The translations under genes and the position numbers were made by a program. From positions 1-31,467 of the forward strand of contig JANLWX010000131.1 of assembly GCA_031364845.1 (NCBI GenBank): a stretch of DNA of 31,467 nt. Reading direction: 5' to 3'. The notes under the pieces were generated by a model, which ran no database searches, was not told the DNA's origin, and saw only the letters and a list, made by a program, of their open reading frames with translations. The stretch is from Candidatus Eiseniibacteriota bacterium. GTDB lineage: Bacteria; Eisenbacteria; RBG-16-71-46. This document shows, one piece after another, positions 26,799 to 31,467 of the stretch (its first letter is position 1; every line of letters starts with the position of its first letter).

Positions 26799-27929
26799 GT
26801 GGCCCGCGCGCGGCTGCTGGTGGTGGACGACGAGCCGGGCATGCTGCGCGCGGTCGAGCGCGTGCTCACGCCGCTCTACGAGGTGCGCACGGCACGGCTG
26901 CCGAGTCAGGCGCTCGAGATCGCCGCGTTGGCGCGTTTCGATCTCGCGATCCTCGATGTGCGGATGCCGGAGATGGACGGTTTCGCGCTGATGGCAAAGC
27001 TGACCGAGCTGCAGTCGGGGATCGACGTGATCCTGATGACGGGCAGCACCGACGAGCGTGACGCGCGGCTGGTGCGGGCGATCCGCGAGCGCGCGTTCTT
27101 CTTCCTCACGAAGCCGTTCGACCGCGACGTGTTGCTGACGCTGGTCGAGCGCTGCGTCGAATTGCGCCGGCTCGATGTCGCACATCGCGCGCACGTCGCC
27201 GAACTCGAAGCCGAGATGGCCGCGGGCCGCGTGTTCCAGGAACAACTGCTGCCCGAGCGCGCGGCCGAAGGCCAAGGCGTGCGCGTGGCCCTGCACTGGG
27301 AGCCGTCGGCAGCACTGGGCGGCGACTTCTTCGACTACGTGCTCGCCGAGAGCGGGCCCGCATTCCTGATCTCGGATGTCTCGGGACACGGCGCGTCAGC
27401 GGCGATGCTGACGGGCATGGTGAAGCTCGCGTTCCGCGCGGCGGAGGGGAAGGCGTTCGCGCCGGAGGTCGTGATGCAGCGCATCGCCGCATCGAGCGCG
27501 TTGTTCCCGGTCGGGCGCTACGTGTCCGCGCTGTGCGCGCGCGTCGATCGCGGAGCGAACCAGATCGAATACGTGAATGCCGGCCATCCGCCCGGGCTCA
27601 TCGTGAGCGCTCAGGGTTCACTCGCGCGCATCGAGTCGACGATCCCGATCGTTCATCCGTCGCTGGCCTACCGGCCCGAGGCGCCGCGCATGCATGCGTT
27701 CGAGCGCGGCGACCGCCTGCTGCTCTACACCGACGGAATCCTGGAGGCGCGCAACGCGGGCGGCGAGCAGTTCGGTTCGGCGCGGCTGGAGGAGGCGTTG
27801 GTCGAAGCGGCGCGCGATTCGGTGAACGGTGCGATGCTGCTCTCGAAGCTGCGTGCCGCCCTCGCGACGTTCGCGGCGGGACGCCCGCTCGAGGACGACC
27901 TCACGCTCGCGGTGATGGAAGCGGTTTGA
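26799..27929 (+). CDS. Response regulator receiver fused to a SpoIIE/PP2C phosphatase (RsbU/RsbY-like)
   Basis: REC motifs [15 protein letters not shown] and KPF. PP2C motifs GGDFFD, DVSGHG, NAGHPP, LYTDGI and EDDLT. Confidence 0.9.
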   Translation: MARARLLVVDDEPGMLRAVERVLTPLYEVRTARLPSQALEIAALARFDLAILDVRMPEMDGFALMAKLTELQSGIDVILMTGSTDERDARLVRAIRERAFFFLTKPFDRDVLLTLVERCVELRRLDVAHRAHVAELEAEMAAGRVFQEQLLPERAAEGQGVRVALHWEPSAALGGDFFDYVLAESGPAFLISDVSGHGASAAMLTGMVKLAFRAAEGKAFAPEVVMQRIAASSALFPVGRYVSALCARVDRGANQIEYVNAGHPPGLIVSAQGSLARIESTIPIVHPSLAYRPEAPRMHAFERGDRLLLYTDGILEARNAGGEQFGSARLEEALVEAARDSVNGAMLLSKLRAALATFAAGRPLEDDLTLAVMEAV

Positions 27930-28686
27930 GCGCGCGCGTCGCGAAGTAAGGCGGAAACCAACTCGACAGCGGCTCGAGGTCCCAGGTGTCCTCGTAGAAT
28001 CCGGTCAGCACGAACCCGGCTTCGAGCTGTCCGCCGATCTGCGCGTCGAGCGAGTGGCTGAACGACAGCGGCTCACCGGCCGCGGCTCGCGATTCGATCT
28101 CGGCGCGCGTCAGCCGCTCGAGGTCGGAGTAAGGGAGCGGATACTTGCCGGCCAGCTCGCCCTGTTCGGCGCGCGCTTCGTCGAACGCGAACAGGATCGG
28201 CTGCACGATCCCGGCGAGCATCACGCCGCCCGGGCGCAGCACGCGGTGCGCTTCGCGCCACACCGGCCGCACATCCTCGGCGAAACAGTTCGAACACGGA
28301 TGAAAGACGAGGGCGAAGGCCTCGTCCTCGAACATGCCCAGGTCGGCCATGTCGCCTTCGACCGTCCGGATATCGAGTCTTTCGCGCTCCGCGACCGCGC
28401 GATCCTGAGCGAGCTGGCGCGGAGACTGATCGAGCACGGTCACGCGCGCGCCCGCGGCCGCGAGGATCGGTCCCTGCTGGCCGCCGCCCGAGGCGAGGCA
28501 CAGCACCTCGAGTCCCGCGAGCGGAGGGAACCACGCGCGCGGCACCGGCCGCGTTGGCGTGAGCACGATCTCCCACTCGCCGCGCCGCGCGGCGGCAATC
28601 GTCTCGTGCGATGCCGGTATCGTCCAGCGATTGCCGCGCTCGACGAGCGCATCCCACGCGCCTCGATTGTGATCGTGAACGTCCAT
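27901..28686 (-). CDS. Class I SAM-dependent methyltransferase
   Basis: Start [40 protein letters not shown] and [17 protein letters not shown]. Confidence 0.88.
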   Translation of the reverse strand: MDVHDHNRGAWDALVERGNRWTIPASHETIAAARRGEWEIVLTPTRPVPRAWFPPLAGLEVLCLASGGGQQGPILAAAGARVTVLDQSPRQLAQDRAVAERERLDIRTVEGDMADLGMFEDEAFALVFHPCSNCFAEDVRPVWREAHRVLRPGGVMLAGIVQPILFAFDEARAEQGELAGKYPLPYSDLERLTRAEIESRAAAGEPLSFSHSLDAQIGGQLEAGFVLTGFYEDTWDLEPLSSWFPPYFATRALKPLPSPRA

Positions 28687-28688
28687 GC

Positions 28689-29996
28689 TCAGTGTGCGCT
28701 CGATCCCGCCCGCGGCCGCGCGTTCCACAGCGTGGCCATCAGGATCGCCCCGAGTACCGCGAAGCCGATCATACTCGGACCCCACGCGCCCCAGCCGTAC
28801 TTCTCGAGCATCCAGCCCATGCCGAAACCGACGAACGAGCCGCCCACGTACTGCATGCCGTCGAACATGCCGGCGGCGGTCGCGGCGGCGCGCTTGCCGC
28901 CGAAGTCCATTGAGGCGGTGCCCGAGAGCATCGAGTGCACCATTGAGATCGCCATCGAGTTCACGATGAACGCGACGATCACGAGCTCGAGGCTCGGTGC
29001 CTTCCACACGACGTAGAGCGCGCCGACCTGCAGCACGTAGCCGATCAGCGCGACCGGCGGGCGGCGGTGTCCGAAGATCTTGTCCGACGCGAAGCCCGCG
29101 ATGAACGCGCCCGCGATGCCGGCGCCCACCACCATCAACGCGTTCTTCTGGAAGATCGGATTGTCGAGTTCGAGGTGCTGCACTTCCTGCATGTAGCGCG
29201 GGAACCACTGCTCGAAGCCCTGGCGCACGAGGCCGGTGCAGAACTCGGCAATCGCGATCGTGATCGCGATCGGATTCGTGAACACCTTGCGCGCGACGTA
29301 GCCGAGCGTGATCTTCTCGGTGTCGCCGCTGGTCGCATCCTGCGGATCGAAGTCGCCGAGACCCGCCTCTTTGGGTGAGTCCTGGACCACGAGGTAGGTG
29401 AACACCGCCATCACCGCAACGATGCCGGCCGGTATGAAGAAGCGCCATTGCCACGGCAGCGCGATCACGAACGGGGTTGCGAGCAGCAGAAACACGAGGA
29501 AGCGACCGCTCTGGATCATCGAGCCGAAGATCGCCGAGAACACGCCGCGTTCGGTGACGTGGAACCAGCCCGAGTTCACTTTGATGAGCGCGAGCGCGCT
29601 GTACGACTGGAAGTACATGTTCAGCGTCCACGTCGTCGCGAGGTATCCGAGCAGCAGCGGGCCAGTGCCGAGGAACCCGAGATAGGCGCCGAGGCCGAAC
29701 ATGATGTTGAAGATCAAGGCACCGATCGCGCCGATCAGCATGGCGCGCCGCCCGCCGAAGCGGTCGGCGATCGGTCCGTTGAACAACGCTGAGACGCCAT
29801 AGACCAGCGTGGCGGTGCTGATGATCGCGCCGACCTGCGCCTTGTCCCAGCCGTAGGTGTCCGAGAGCGCCTTGTTCGCGAGCGGAAAATTGTAGCGGGC
29901 CATGTACATCGCGGCGTACGTGAAACCGAGCACTAGCCAGTTCTGCGTGCGGCGCGATTTGAACTCACCGCTGTGGGTCGGGCGTTCGGGCATCAT
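28689..29996 (-). CDS. MFS transporter, organophosphate:Pi antiporter (GlpT/UhpT)-like
   Basis: About 12 hydrophobic segments. [36 protein letters not shown] and [11 protein letters not shown]. Confidence 0.85.
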   Translation of the reverse strand: MMPERPTHSGEFKSRRTQNWLVLGFTYAAMYMARYNFPLANKALSDTYGWDKAQVGAIISTATLVYGVSALFNGPIADRFGGRRAMLIGAIGALIFNIMFGLGAYLGFLGTGPLLLGYLATTWTLNMYFQSYSALALIKVNSGWFHVTERGVFSAIFGSMIQSGRFLVFLLLATPFVIALPWQWRFFIPAGIVAVMAVFTYLVVQDSPKEAGLGDFDPQDATSGDTEKITLGYVARKVFTNPIAITIAIAEFCTGLVRQGFEQWFPRYMQEVQHLELDNPIFQKNALMVVGAGIAGAFIAGFASDKIFGHRRPPVALIGYVLQVGALYVVWKAPSLELVIVAFIVNSMAISMVHSMLSGTASMDFGGKRAAATAAGMFDGMQYVGGSFVGFGMGWMLEKYGWGAWGPSMIGFAVLGAILMATLWNARPRAGSSAH

Positions 29997-30059
29997 GAGG
30001 TCGATCCTCGGTCGGACGGCAGGCGCCGAAGGCGCCCCGGATGGGTGATGTCGCCGAGG

Positions 30060-30088
30060 TTCTTACCGCTGAGATCGCGCGCGGTCAA
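30060..30088 (-). promoter_or_regulatory. Putative sigma70-type promoter for the MFS-methyltransferase pair
   Basis: Minus strand TTGACC (30088-30083), 17-nt spacer, TAAGAA (30065-30060). Confidence 0.45.
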
Positions 30089-30104
30089 GGGCGGCGGGGC
30101 GTTG

Positions 30105-30380
30105 CTAATTGTTCGTGCCGAACCGGATCGCCGAACGTTCACGCGCTTTGGCGGCCTCGATTTCGCGGTCCTTCGCGGGAGCGGAGGTCACCATCGAGTC
30201 GAGCAGGGCGCGCGCAACTGCCGCGATGTCAACGACTGCGCTCGAGAACGCCGTCTCGTTGGCGCGCGAGGGCGCCGTAAAGCCGGTCAGCTTGCGCACG
30301 AACTGGAGCGAAGCCGCGCGCACTTCCTCGTCGGTGGCGGGTGGATCGAAGTTGAACAATGTCTTGATGTTCCGGCACAT
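30105..30380 (-). CDS. DUF2277 family protein
   Basis: MCRNIKTLFNFDPPATDEEVRAASLQFVRKLTGF is characteristic of the family; AGGAG RBS. Confidence 0.9.
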   Translation of the reverse strand: MCRNIKTLFNFDPPATDEEVRAASLQFVRKLTGFTAPSRANETAFSSAVVDIAAVARALLDSMVTSAPAKDREIEAAKARERSAIRFGTNN

Positions 30381-30725
30381 GGTGGATCTCCTGCGGGAGG
30401 TCGGTCGGTTCGGCGCGGCGGAGATGACGATACCTCAAGTGAGGCGGGTGAGGTGATGGGGGATGGGCGGGCATACCGGCATCTTTCCCCTTGACGCTCA
30501 TTTGAGCGGGGTCATCGCGAACTCCACGCCGCCCTTCGGGATGCGCGACATACGGCCCGGAGACACGCGGCTGTGCGCCCAACGTGATCGGGTCGGAAAA
30601 ATCTCGCGAAGCACGCGATATTGCCCACTCCTCGGTTCTCCTTGCGCCGAAAATGCTCGAGGTAGAATCACTGCGTGTTCATCGCCCCCGCGACCGGATA
30701 CATCTTCGTCACGCGCGGAGGGAAC

Positions 30726-31391
30726 ATGAAACGCGAACTTTCCCATCTCACCGATCAGGTCGTGCAGCAGGGTCTCGCGACACTCGTCGCTGGAGGCTGC
30801 ACGCACACCGCGAAGCTGGTCCTCTACATTGGTGAAGTCGACGCCCGCAAGCTGTTCCGGGCGGCCGCCCATTCTTCGATGTTCTCGTACTGCGTTGATA
30901 TCCTGCACTTCTCCGAGCCGGCCGCGTACAAGCGCATTCGCGCCGCTCGAATGGCGCGGCGGTTCCCGGCGATCTATGACGCGCTCGCGGAGAATCGAGT
31001 GCATCTGAGCGGGCTGATCCTGTTGAAGCCGCACATGACACGCCGGAATGTGGACGAGCTTCTTGCGGCCGTGACGCACAGGAGTTGTCGCGAGATCAAG
31101 AAACTGCTGGCGGAGAGGTATCCGCAGGAGGACGTCGCGACGAGGGTGCGGGCGCTGCCGCGAGCGCGGACCCCGGAGGCGCAGACTCCTGTTGATGCGA
31201 ATGCATTCGCAGTCGGTGAAGCGCAACTGTCTTCGCGGACAGTTGTGCCCTCGATCGCAGAAGGCGAGCGAGTGTCTGGACAGACTTCTTCGGTCCTTCG
31301 GACCGAAGAGAGACATGAACTGTCTCCGAAGACAGTGTGCGACCAAGCCAGCTTGGACAGAAGGGAGGGACGCGAAGCGGTAGCGACCTGA
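30726..31391 (+). CDS. N-terminal (DUF222-like) part of an HNH-endonuclease-associated protein; no HNH domain, possibly a truncated pseudogene
   Basis: GGAGGG RBS with ATG at 30726. EVDARKLF...SSMFSYC...FSEPAAYKRIRAARMARRFP...RVHLSGL. Low-complexity tail then stop; visibly less GC-rich than neighbouring genes. Confidence 0.65.
   Translation: MKRELSHLTDQVVQQGLATLVAGGCTHTAKLVLYIGEVDARKLFRAAAHSSMFSYCVDILHFSEPAAYKRIRAARMARRFPAIYDALAENRVHLSGLILLKPHMTRRNVDELLAAVTHRSCREIKKLLAERYPQEDVATRVRALPRARTPEAQTPVDANAFAVGEAQLSSRTVVPSIAEGERVSGQTSSVLRTEERHELSPKTVCDQASLDRREGREAVAT
31221..31336. repeat. Cluster of three palindromes, two of which are related direct repeats (AACTGTC-N6-GACAGT)
   Basis: GCGCAACTGTC-ttcgcg-GACAGTTGTGC (31221-31248); TCTTCGGTCC-ttc-GGACCGAAGA (31287-31309); ACTGTCT-ccga-AGACAGT (31319-31336). 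Confidence 0.75.
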
Positions 31392-31467
31392 AATTCTGTG
31401 AGGCGTCCAGCGGGTGCGAAACCGACCGGCCAAAGCTGAACCCGGCGGGCCGGAAGCGAGCCTTGCG

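Noticed and set aside
29997..30060. Riboswitch-like leader of the MFS gene (CCTCGG...CCGAGG pairing over the RBS, inner GGCGCC hairpin)
   Set aside because: The 5' arm lies immediately after the putative -10 and is probably not transcribed; it matches no riboswitch I recognise.
31221..31336. CRISPR array
   Set aside because: Only two imperfect repeat copies 93 nt apart, inside an ORF, with no cas genes.
30498..31433. 311-aa minus-strand ORF
   Set aside because: Antisense to the recognisable DUF222/HNH-associated ORF, with no motifs of its own.

Overview
GC-rich, densely coding bacterial chromosomal segment with about 28 CDS and no rRNA, tRNA or CRISPR array that I can see. From left to right: (1) a compatible-solute-type cluster (treS 3' part, a glucosylglycerate-synthase-like GT2, a TM-helix membrane protein); (2) a minus-strand operon of class II aldolase, class I FBPase (1-nt frameshift near its 3' end) and a PBP1B-like enzyme; (3) a DAO-family FAD oxidoreductase divergent from a tightly packed nine-gene + strand run: an HcrCAB-like molybdo-flavoenzyme whose FAD subunit has the extra 4-Cys [4Fe-4S] insertion, XdhC, MocA-like, GcvT-like aminomethyltransferase, two tandem phytoene-desaturase-like FAD oxidoreductases and a GbcA/Stc2-type Rieske oxygenase, followed by a convergent Rieske ferredoxin; (4) LOG protein, kynureninase-like enzyme, thyX, fdhD, a soluble His kinase and a REC-PP2C phosphatase; (5) a minus-strand methyltransferase, OPA-type MFS transporter and DUF2277 protein; (6) a truncated DUF222/HNH-associated ORF containing in-frame DNA palindromes. 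The best candidate for an undescribed system is block (3), an apparently uncharacterised catabolic pathway for an N-methylated or N-heterocyclic compound. All family calls come from motif recognition, not from database searches.
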